Of a stretch of DNA of 64,000 nucleotides, positions 53,690-64,000 are shown one piece after another. The notes beneath the pieces were generated by a model that was given only the letters and a program-made list of their open reading frames with translations, made no database searches and was not told where the DNA came from. Within the stretch, counting starts at the first letter, position 1, and each line of letters starts with the position of its first letter. This DNA is from Camelus dromedarius (Eukaryota), in NCBI RefSeq assembly GCF_036321535.1, contig NC_087436.1, forward strand, positions 64,234,001 through 64,298,000, written 5' to 3'. Made by a program: the position numbers and the translations under genes.

Positions 53690-53925
53690 ACTATTGTGGG
53701 CAGTGCATATTTTTACATATTTTATATAATTAAAATGACAAATTTTAGTTCATTTACTGTCCATATAATCATATGAATTAAGTAATATTACTCTCTCACC
53801 ACTAACAGATAGGAAACCAAGGACTGAGGGTTTAAATGATTTGCCCAAGGTCATAGTACTAGTGCAGCTAATAACTGAAATTAGGTGGTCTTGCTTCAGA
53901 ATGTGTGCTCTTAATTACCATGCTG
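53690..53925 (-). mobile_element. MIR
   Basis: acagataggaaaccaaggactgaggggtttaaatgatttgcccaaggtcatag..gtgctcttaattaccatgctg. Confidence 0.75.
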
Positions 53926-55087
53926 TGAATAACAATGCCAGAAATTCAGATAAATCTGTGTAATTTTGTCTTATAATGAAGACAAGCAGTTAAATATTTT
54001 GGAATGTGTTTCTTTAGAACGTGGCTTATTAATATAATCCACAGTAAACTCTGTTCTGAATATCCCCTTCCAGAACAATTTTAAATTTGTGCCAAAATAT
54101 GAAATTATTTTAAATATATGTAAGCCACCAGAAGAGAAAGGAGAGAGAAAGAGAAGAAAGGAAAGAAAAGGAAGGAAGTCCCAGTGTATAGTTGGTTGAT
54201 CAGTTTTAAAGATACTGTGAAAGACAACATCTTCAAAAGTTGGGTCAGGTTCCTTCACTATTTTCACTTCGTAGGACAAGTCTGTACAGATTGTTTTGCA
54301 AGCGGCTCTATCAGTTTGGTTCAGTAAAACTGCTTTAATGCTGAAGGTTTTTAATGTGTTCCATATATATTCAACACTTTTAAGCAAGACTCCTCGTTTT
54401 AAGTTGTAGGATCCTGGATAATAGGTTGTGTGTTTTATTCTATATTCTATCCTATGTTCCTAGCCTGGTGCTTTGTATTGCAGTGGGCACTCAATAAACT
54501 TACGTTGAATGCATTGATTATGGTTGAGCATAATTAATCAACATAAATCTATGATATTCACAAGTGTAATTACAAAGATATTTAGAAAAGTAATATAATT
54601 AATATGTAGAATATTTTCTGAGTGATTATCAGGACCTGGAATGAAAGTAAGACTCATTTATTTAACTTTTTTTGTTTAAACACAGAGTAATGATACTGAA
54701 TGATTTTTTTTTTTTACCTTCCTAATATTAGTAACAATTATATTTGGGAAAATGTTTACAGAATAAGTACCAGATTTATTTAAACATATTAATAAATTAT
54801 AGAAATTAATTATTATTATATAAAATAATATTGGATAGTCATATTAATTTGTCCAGTATGACTGGATTATTCATTTCAGTCAGTGTGGGGACTGGGGAAT
54901 AAGCACTGTAGTAATTCATGCATAAATAAATGTCCTTTAGGTTACTTACTCATTTTTGTATTTAATGCGTGTATTCGTTAAAATGAAGAAGAGAGGAGGT
55001 ATAAAGATGCTCTAGTCAGGAAAGAAACTTTCAAGGTAATAAGAAAACTGCTGTAATTGATAACCCTTTTTTTTTTCTTGTTTATAG

Positions 55088-55250
55088 GATTCAGATTTGG
55101 GATATTGGTGTTTCTGTTTCTGAGGAATATTTCTTTTTGAGTTTTTTTTTTTAATCATCAGTCTTGGAACATAGAAGAAGAATCAGAAAGACATTTATTT
55201 CATTTCAAGTCTGGCACACTCTTGAGGCACTCATGCCCAAGTACACAACC
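55088..55250 (+). other. ADGRL3: 5' UTR portion of the ADGRL3 start-codon exon
   Basis: Long polypyrimidine tract and acceptor (ccc-T10-cttgtttatag|G) ending at 55087, 163 nt upstream of the ATG. This implies an internal exon spliced to upstream non-coding exons. Confidence 0.8.
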
Positions 55251-55305
55251 ATGTGGCCATCACAGCTACTAGTCTGCATGATGCTCTTAGCACCAACTGT
55301 TCACG
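55251..55305 (+). CDS. ADGRL3: ADGRL3 (latrophilin-3/LPHN3) first coding exon, signal peptide; partial CDS ending in a phase-1 splice donor
   Basis: ATG at 55251 in ACAACCATG context (A at -3) translates MWPSQLLVCMMLLAPTVH plus 1 nt. This closely matches the recalled mammalian latrophilin-3 N-terminus (human MWPSQLLIFMMLLAPIIH-). It is followed directly by a strong donor ACG|gtaaga at 55306. 55 coding nt = 18 codons + 1. Confidence 0.93.
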
Positions 55306-56847
55306 GTAAGAACTTTAATTTGATTTTTGTGTGGTGCTTAATGTTGTCCCAGTTTTTCACACTAGACCCTTTCTTCTAAATCTTTGCTCTATGATTTTGC
55401 AGCTTTTGCCTACCATATATTAATAGCAGTAAGTTATATACCTTAAGCTGCAATAAATACGACTTTGATTTCTTAAAGTACCATTTGAAATGTATGTACA
55501 ATGAAAGGCTTTTTAAAATAAATTTTACATGTTTTATTCTTTGTTTTACCACTTTTAAGGATCTAAATTAATCTAAATTATTAACCTTATCATTTATTAT
55601 GAATTTTTTCTTTTACATATTTTTGTAGTTAAAAATCACTTTTAAGATAGTATGTGTGCACATTTGAAAGAAAACAGCCCAAAAATCTACATCAAATCAA
55701 GTAATCAAGAAATAACTCCTTTGGAAAATTTTATAGAATATATAATTATTCAATAAATAAGCAAGACAAATTACGTGCCACTTAGTATGGTACTCACTGA
55801 ATCTCTCTAAAAGTTGGCAAATTAAAGTCTATATGTATGTTTCTTTTTCCCAATTAAAAATTTTCTACTAATTATTATTGGTTTTATACTAAGATGAAAA
55901 TGGCATATTATAATCACTATCTCATATGTCAATGGTAATTAGAGCAAAGAAAAAGGGGCACAGGTGTATTTGCCACTGCTTAGAAGGTCTCAGAATATTA
56001 TAGTGTATCAAGCAGCTGAAATGAATTTTTAGCCCTGTTAGCTCACTTTTGGTTTTTAATTGACTACAGAAATCTATTGTTGTTTTTCAGTGATGCGATT
56101 CTAAATTTGGCTCATATTCATAATTTCAACATGAATTGCATTCTGCTGTCAGTACAAAAAACTGGATAAAATTACTTGCCGCTTTTGACATTTCCCCTAA
56201 AGTTGCCCTGATTTTAACACGTTTATTTCTAACAAATCATTATAGGATAGTGCTTTAAAAAAATTAGTTACATTACCACCTAGTTTTACCAACAATGTAA
56301 ATTTGTCAAAATTTCCCTTTAATTCTTATACCAGTGCAGCATTTATACATTCATGTACTTGGGCATGTATAATATTTTGTGGTATGGGACAATACAAGAT
56401 TTCTGTCACTTTAAACAAGTGCTTTCTAATTATCAGTGTATCTCAAGATGATTCTAATTAGCTTTTTGATGTTATAGAAATGTCTCCCTCAAGGTTATTT
56501 TGAGGATTAAGTAAAAAGCATAAGTAAAGAATCTAGCACAGTGCATGACAGATATTAAGTGCTTGAACATGTTAATTTCATTCATTATACTGTCTACCTC
56601 TCCAGTTTATTTCTGTTCCAGTAAGTTTTAACAACCAGGAATTAGCTAATCATGAGAGCTATTTCATTTGATGTTGATATTCAGAAAAAATCTCCATGTA
56701 TATGTACAATGCATGTTTAAAAAGTCAGTTTAAAATACACTATTAAAGCAAGGTAGGTTAAAAAATGGCAGAATCAGGCATTGTAAGAAAGACTCTTGTC
56801 AGAGGTGAAATTTCTGGTCTTCAAAAACTGACACCTGCTATGTATTT

Positions 56848-56966
56848 CAGTGGGCCCCAAACGTGGCTCAGCCTTAGATCATGGGTCTTGAGATCTGTAT
56901 TAAACACACACACACACACACACACACACACTCCAAGCAACACTGAGAAGTATTTAAAAACTCCTA
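56848..56966. mobile_element. MER5-like hAT-Charlie relic containing a (CA)n
   Basis: cagtgggccccaaacgtggct..ttagatca..gagatctgtattaaaca..ctccaag..tttaaaaactcct. Confidence 0.4.
56905..56930. repeat. (CA)13 microsatellite
   Basis: Directly visible. Confidence 0.95.
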
Positions 56967-57199
56967 AGTGGGCACATACAATATTGACCTGGTATACAAA
57001 ATATTTTTGGCTAAAAACAAAAGTATTTTTTTCCCATTTTACATGAACTACTTTATATTATCTTGACTTTGAACCATATGAGACTAAACAATATAGAAGC
57101 TTCTACTTATAAACTTTGTTTTTATTACTTTGTTGTAAATATTTTAACACTTTGCACTGGAGAAAATGCAACTCAGTTTTGTCTGCTTTCTATGGAAGG

Positions 57200-57297
57200 C
57201 TTTCTCCACTGCCTTTGTGATACCACTTTGGACTTATAAGGGCTTCACATGAACGGCTTTTCGGAACCCAGCTTGCTCATAAACAGGAATATGTGTA
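57200..57297. mobile_element. TcMar-Tigger-like terminal fragment
   Basis: ttggacttataag..gcttttcggaacccagcttgctcataaacaggaatatgtgta resembles a Tigger terminus ending in TA. Confidence 0.35.
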
Positions 57298-57924
57298 CCT
57301 TTGATCAGTGCTGAAATCTAATAGGATAGACATTTTTGGAGTCCCCACTGGTCCTGGTTGAAAGGAATACCATGTAACTTGAAACTTTACAGGACTGAGT
57401 CAAAAGGGATGTCTTAGTTATAGAACTACTCTTGTTTCCAGATCATCCCTTGATAGTATCTCCTTGCCCTACTGTTGTTGAGATGCCCAGCTTCATTGGT
57501 CCTCCAATCCACAGAGAATTAACTTTCCTGGGTATGGCCTGAGTTGCTGGCCTTTTCTCCAGAGTAAATAATAATGATGACTACTAATTCTACAGCCATA
57601 AACTTTGGGTGTATTGGTACAACTAATTCTCACAATATTCTCCTAGTTTTAATATTATTTATTATGATCATCATCATTAACTTTTTATAGTAAAGTTATT
57701 GGGGTACCGAGTGGCAAAGGAACTTGACTAAAGTTACACATGAGACCCAGAGAGGCTTGAAAATGAAGAACCTAGCTTATTGAGCTCTAGTCTTAATGCC
57801 GCTGATCAATTCCTATCAAGGCCATTTTTCCCTACAGCAAATCCCACCTCAACTCTCCTGGGCATTGGGGAGCAGGTGAGGCAGAAAGCTAAAGCACCTG
57901 CCTCTTCTGTGTTCTGGACACAGA

Positions 57925-58245
57925 CAGACTGGCCTTTGAGTCTGACAGACCTGAGATAAAATTTTAGCTCTGCCCTCTACCAGCTCTGTAACACTGTTAC
58001 TTGGTAAACTAGTTGACACATATTTATCACCCACTATGAGCCAGAAAACTGTGCTAGCTGCTAAAGATATGGTAGTGAATAAAGAATCCTTAATTCTTTC
58101 CTCAAGGAGCTTACAGTAACTTAAAAATGTTTAAGCCTACTTTTCATCTGCACAGATGAACACTTACTCCATGCAGTTATTTTAAGAAATGGATGGAATA
58201 ATACATGTACAGCTTCTAACATAGAGCTTGGCATTTGGTAAATCT
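57925..58245 (+). mobile_element. MIR interrupted by L2
   Basis: 5' half tttgagtctgacagacctgag..gctctgccctctaccagctctgtaac; 3' half ttttcatctgcacagatg..ataatacatgtacagcttctaacatagagcttggca. Confidence 0.7.
57996..58120 (-). mobile_element. L2 3' end nested inside a MIR
   Basis: acacatatttatcacccactatgagccagaaaactgtgctag..gtgaataa..cctcaaggagcttacagt. Confidence 0.7.
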
Positions 58246-61200
58246 TTATATTTTATTTTATCACCCTTACCTACCCTGAAATAGAACTAACATTCTCAGT
58301 TTTAGATAAGGAAAAATGCATAATTATCCTTGTTCTTACCCTGAGAATTGAAATGTTCCACTACTTGAACCTAAGCATTTAGGTTTTGCCAGAAATTTCT
58401 TAATACTAGTACCAAAAAAAAAAAAAAATTATCAAACTGGTATGTAGAAAGGCTTAGTATATAACATCAGTATATAATAGCATGGTATATAATTGTCAGT
58501 GATGAAAATATATAATTGTCAGTGGTAGTAGCACATAACTGGTAGCATATAATTATCAGTGATCCGTTTTTTGCATGATTTCTTTAAGGGTCAAATTAGA
58601 AACTAAGCTAAAGAATTAATTCTGAGTAACATTTATATTAGTTGAATAATCTCCCACATCATCCTAGAAAGTCTGGCCAGAAAACAAAATTAATTTGTAC
58701 ATCCACACTGTGTATATATATATATATATACACACACAATTTAAAAATTAGGAAATGTCTCTGGTTCTGTGTTTATCTGTCCATATTTTATGTCTCTGTG
58801 TACTTCTGTATTTCTCTTTTTCTGTTTTCCATGACTGTGCCCTCTTCCTGTACAGATATAAAACCCTTATCTATAATACGATGACACCTGGCAGAAGTAA
58901 AGAGAAGCAGCTAGAGCAGATGGCTAGTTCTTTGCTGTTAACTAATGTAGTGTTGCATGAAGATAAAAGATTTTTTCTTGTTCTATTGATGTGGTTGGGA
59001 ACAAGGGAAGAAAAGGGAATTGGAGAACAAAAATCCAGTGATAACATGGGAACCTGGGACTCATCCTGATTGTCAGTAAACCGATACTGTGGTTCAATGT
59101 AGGATCTGGACTAGGAGATCTGATCCATGGTGGGGTTGGGGGAGTGGATGTCATCCAAGCCACAAAGGATTCAGAGTTGAAAAGATGATTGAGGTGCTCA
59201 GATATTTTAACTACATCTCATCTTAATTAAACTGTACGTATAAACTGTGTCACAATTAAAGATAGAAAACAGGATCATTGGAACTTACTGTGGGTAAAGG
59301 GGGACAGTATTTTTTATGGTACTTTTGCAGAAAAATACAGGATTTCAAAAAATTCTCCTATAACTACCACATGTGTACTTTTTCCAGCAAGTCTATTTTT
59401 TTTTTGTCAGAGTTGCATGTGTGTTCATACATATTCATGAACTTTATAGGCTAAACTGCCTTTTATTATGTTTAAGAAGTTAATTATTATAAATAGTTTT
59501 TAACAGGGACAAAACAATGATCAAATGCATATATATTTAGTACCATATGTTTTATGTAATTTGTATTTAATTATTCATCTATTTTTACAGTTATAATACT
59601 ATTTAATGTGTCATTTTTAACCTTTTATAAGATATGAAGCTTGAGAAAGTACAAAATTACAACATAACATCTTATCACATAATTTTTTATGAAGTCATGT
59701 TTTATTAATTGTGAAAAAGACAAATTGACTTCTAAGCTCTACTTAACTTTGTTATTTTTAGAAATTAATCATCCTTTAAATGTTTATAATGTTTGCCAGC
59801 CCAGGTAATTTGTAATGCTTTCAGTAATATCACTATTTTTATGGTCAAAGATGTTATACAGAAAATCTTTGTCATTGTCATGATATATGAGGTTACTACG
59901 AACACATCTGATGCCATCTGCATTAGCATTTGGTACTAAAATTCAAAATATGTATTTCAAAAGTTAACTTTGTAGTCTCTAATATCACAATATATACTAC
60001 AAATATGCCTGCTGGTAGCCTTCCTTTGTACGAATGTGTTTAGAAGTCTTCCCTACTCACTTGGTAAATAGGTTGGCAATTGGAAAAGAATTTTCTTTTT
60101 TGCCTTTGCACTTGCAAAACATGTTATATGTGACTTTTATTTTAGTGATACACTATGAGTAACAAGTGTATACCCTGAGAGTAAAATAGAGTTTTTTTTT
60201 TAATTTTGAGATTTTATATACTGTGACTATTTGAGCTATTTAAGATCATTTCTTATTTTTTTATATTTCTCGACCTTGGGCTGGACCATTACTGTAATAG
60301 GATAGCTGTTGTATACTTGATGTTGAGTGAATTTTAAAATATTTTGATATGTAAGATACAAATATCTAATTATCTATTTTCCTCTTCTTTGCATTGCTAT
60401 TTACTTTCATTCTCAATGTCAGAATAGTGCTCTTGCATTTATAATTTCATGTAAATAGCCAGAGTACATTTTTCATGTATTTATTTCCTCCATTCTGATT
60501 GGGAAATGATTCCTTAAAGAACAGTCAAAAAAGTGAAATGCAACAGGAAAGAGTCTCGTTGATTTGTCGTGTAAATAAGAGACTAAATATTGTATTATGA
60601 TCTATTTTAATATGACTGCTTAGAATAAGGCCTTGTTGAAAAATAGGGTTAATTAATTCTCTACTTTTTTTCAGGTTTCTAATTGATAAGTTGAAAATAA
60701 ACTCTTTAAATTTTATTAATAATTGCATTTTATTTAATTTGAATCTGTATTTCCCCTATATTGCCATCATAGCAGATTGAGGGTTTTTTGTTTGTTTGTT
60801 GTTAGAATTAGATTCTTTAAATATAGAAAATTGTCTTTTTATCAGAAAAATTATATATAAAGGGTTTGATCAAATAAGCTAGGCTAGCTAAGGATTTGCA
60901 AGAGAAATATGCTGGTTGTTCTTACAAAAGTAATAGATATAGGTCTTTGTACAGAAATAGGCTCTCATAGTGACATTTGGTAAGTTTTCTGTGTTTATTT
61001 CATCTACACATACTAGAGTTTGTAGTGATCTGAATGTCCTGGAATCAAGGTTGTAGGTTACTGATAAAGTACAAGAACATAGTCTCATACATTTCTTCGT
61101 CATTAGCAGTGTCACCTACTTTATTGTCAAATATTTCTCCTCATACAAATTTAAGTCAGAAAGCAAAAATCCTATAATTCTATGACCCAGTGGTATAATT

Positions 61201-61689
61201 AATATTAATGTTTGTTAGATTTTTCTCACAGTTGTGTGTGCACATATTTTTAATTGTAATAACTTTAGAAATAAAATTTATATCTTTCATTTTGATTTAA
61301 CATTAAAATAAAGACATTTCTAGCCTCTCATCAAAAAAATGATGCTAACATGTTATATGAATGAACCATTATTAGTGTAACCATTTGTTGATGGCTCAGC
61401 ATTGAAGGTCATTGATACATTACCATTACAAATAGCACTATAAGAGAACATGGCTGTATATAAAATTTAAATGCATCTCTATATCCCTAGAAGAAAATCT
61501 CTTGAGATCTGGAAAGTAAAAGAATGATTTATATTTAGATTAATTAATAACTTTCTAAAATGAATCATAATAAATGATCAATACAACCTTGTTTATTATC
61601 ACTACAATTTGTTTAAAAAAAGGTTCCATGAGTTTTGGCTACTATAATGATGAACAAAACATAAATAATAATAAATATTCAAATATTAA

Positions 61690-62210
61690 GATATAACTAT
61701 TGCTTGTAGGGGTATAATGATGTATTCAGAAAATTCAAGAAATAGTAACTTTCTCAGTGTTAATGAGAGCACTGAGTTCAAGTATATGATTCACACATGC
61801 ACATATGATTCTAGTCAGCAATGAAATACGTGAGTTACTTAGGAAATGTCATAACAGGAAATATATGGAACTTATGAGAAGAAAACTCTGAAACTAAATG
61901 GGAGTTATTAAAGAAGACATGCAATATACCATGTTCCTGGATGAAAAGACTAGGAATAGCAGAATTATAAGTTATTTCCAAGTTAATTTATATACACACA
62001 CACACACACACATATACATATGTATACACAAATATTCACACAATTGCATTCAGAGTACTGATATGAGCTTTTCTATGTAAAAATTCAACAAAATTATTAT
62101 AAAATATATGTTGAATATTAAGAGAAAATTTAATAAAAATGAAGTAATAATCATAATTTGAACATAAATTATGTATTATAAAAATACAGTAAGTAAGATA
62201 AAATATTAAA
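61690..62210 (+). mobile_element. Ancient L1M ORF2 fragment
   Basis: Degenerate L1 motifs attaaagaagac..ataccatgttcctggatgaaaagact..aat; A-rich + strand. Confidence 0.65.
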
Positions 62211-62599
62211 ATTAGGCAGGTTGATCAATTATAAAAATGAAATCCCTGAAGCATCACTGTACTGTATATATTTGTGTGGTAATTTGATAGGAATGACTCT
62301 CCTCAGAAAATCAAATGTCTGACAGGAAGTAGCCAAATAGGGAACAAACCAATTATTGTGTGTGTGTGTGTGTATATGTTTCAAATTATATAATATGAAA
62401 CTTCTGGAGAGAGAGTTCTTTGAGTTACTTCCTTTAATTTCCATTTTTGAACAATGTATTAGATAGAATAAACTTAGGGCCATAGTCACAATAGATACTA
62501 AAATTAATAATGACTTCTAGGGAATATTATCTTGTTTACTAAACATTCCAAGGCAAGTAGACAGTTAGACAGTGTGTGTATGGTTGGACAGTGTGTGTA

Positions 62600-62890
62600 T
62601 GGGAGGGTTGGTAGGGGAGGCCATTCTCATGCCCTCACATTTATTCCAAGACCCAGTCTAATGGCACAAGGGTTCTAAAATCTTCCAGAGGGTCGTTGCC
62701 ATTCATCTCCTCAGGAAGGAAGAAAAAGCATTGAGAAGACTCTAATGGGGAGTTTTTATGGCTATAGTAGTGCACATTACTTTTGCTTCCGTTTCCATTA
62801 ATTAAAACTCAACCTCATTGCCACACCTATAAATGAGTCTGAAAAGTATAGTCCTCTTGTGATTAAGGAAGAAGAAAATATTTATGAAAG
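62600..62890. mobile_element. Old MaLR LTR fragment (MLT1J/K-like)
   Basis: cacattacttttgcttccgtttccatt..aaaactcaacctcattgccacaccta..gtctgaaaagtatagtc resembles the MLT1 terminus. Confidence 0.55.
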
Positions 62891-62976
62891 AAACCATGTA
62901 GTTCAAAAAAAAAAAAAAAGGCAGGATCTGATGCACCAATATCTTTTTTAATGTGTAAATGGAGATTAAAAAATAC

Positions 62977-63800
62977 CTTTATTGAGGTTCATTTAACATA
63001 AAGCTCATCCATTTAAAGTGTTTAGTTCAGTGGACATTAGTGTATGTATAGTCTTACACCCATCACTGAAATCAATTTTAGAGTGTTATCAGTCCTCTAA
63101 AAAGAAACCCTATACCCATTAGAAGTCACACCCAGTTTCCTTTCTCTGAAGTGCCTGGCAGCCACTAATCTATGTCTCTATGGATTTGCCTATTGTGGAC
63201 ATTTTGTATAAATGGAATCATACAATTTTTGATCTTTTGTAACTTGCTTCTATCATTTAACATAATATTTTAAAAATTGATGTATATCATAGTATGTATC
63301 AGTAGCTAATTCTTTTTTGTTTTCAAATTATATTCTATTGTATGAATATACTATGTTATATATATCAGTTGATGGAACTTGGGATTATTCCTACTTTTTG
63401 GCCATTTTGCATAAAGCTAATATGAATATTCATGCACAAGTTTTTGTGTGGAAATGTTTCACTTTTCTTGGATACATACTTGAAATTACCGAGTCACATG
63501 ATAGCTATGTTTAGCATTTTAAGGGACTGCTAAGTTATTTTCCAGCATGGTTACATGGTTATACATTCCAAACAGTAATATGAGGGTTCTCACATCCTCA
63601 CCCACGCTTGTTACTGTCTTTTTTCTTTTAGCCATCCTAGTCAAGATGAAATAGTATCTCATTGTGGTTTTGAGTTGCATTTCTCTAATGCATAATGTTG
63701 GCTTTCTTTTCATGTACTCATTTGTATATCTTACTTGAAGGTGTATTATTCAGTCATTTCTCAATTTTTAAGCTTTTTGTTGTTGATTTCTAAGCATTCT
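62977..63800 (-). mobile_element. Old L1 (L1MB-like) 3' UTR and ORF2 end
   Basis: tttattgagg...ccactaatctatgtctctatggatttgcctattgtggacattt...aatggaatcata. Minus ORF 63519-63713 contains IREMQLKTTMRYYF. Confidence 0.85.
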
Positions 63801-64000
63801 TTATAGACATGCCTTTTTTAAAAAGACCACAGGATACCATTGTTAAAATACATTTAGATTTAAGAATCCTTTAGACCGCATTTTCTAAGAGAGGCTTTTT
63901 GCTTGGATTTACCCACTTAAACTTCATCTATTTTGAATTCACTTCAAAATTATTTATCATTTGTCTAGCCTCACTTCACTTCCTCTTTTGTTTATTTGAT

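Larger units (their letters stand above)
1..55087 (+). other. ADGRL3: ADGRL3 5'-UTR intron (upstream exon/promoter not evident in window)
   Basis: The start-codon exon has a splice acceptor. No CpG island or recognisable upstream exon lies in the window. ADGRL3 is known to have very large 5' introns. Confidence 0.7.
55306..64000 (+). other. ADGRL3: ADGRL3 intron following first coding exon (continues beyond window)
   Basis: Begins gtaag. The next expected coding sequence (GKHS.. or AFSRAPIP..) was not seen in the remaining 8.7 kb. Confidence 0.8.

Noticed and set aside
53530..53925. Tail-to-tail MIR pair as a dsRNA/editing substrate
   Set aside because: Both copies are too diverged to see meaningful pairing.
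53971..54387. Longest ORF (138 aa, minus strand)
   Set aside because: Non-ATG start, low-complexity F/L/S stretch derived from the purine tract, no recognisable domain.
55164..55379. 71-aa ORF as a complete protein
   Set aside because: Starts at TTG in the UTR and reads through the splice donor; only 55251-55305 matches ADGRL3.
58457..58561. CRISPR-like repeat-spacer array
   Set aside because: Eukaryotic intron, irregular very short spacers, no cas genes.

Overview
AT-rich, CpG-depleted mammalian genomic DNA, most likely from a camelid. The taxon call rests on a vic-1-type tRNA-Ala-derived SINE and camelid-type L1 3' ends, and I saw no Alu, BovB/Bov-A2 or PRE1. The only supportable host gene feature is the first coding exon of the adhesion GPCR ADGRL3 (latrophilin-3) on the + strand: exon 55088-55305, CDS 55251-55305, encoding the signal peptide MWPSQLLVCMMLLAPTVH. 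The rest is inferred to be ADGRL3 intron filled with decayed L1, L2, MIR, MaLR/ERVL LTR and hAT/Tigger relics plus microsatellites. Repeat names are from recalled consensus features and their boundaries are approximate. I found no convincing new biological system. The best second-look items are a 75-bp palindrome centred on a deaminated CRE (8938-9012), a twin-primed 5'-inverted L1, an in-frame upstream ATG in ADGRL3, a young L1 with a perfect 18-bp TSD, a 68-bp orphan insert between 12-bp direct repeats, and several CpG-retaining candidate regulatory elements.
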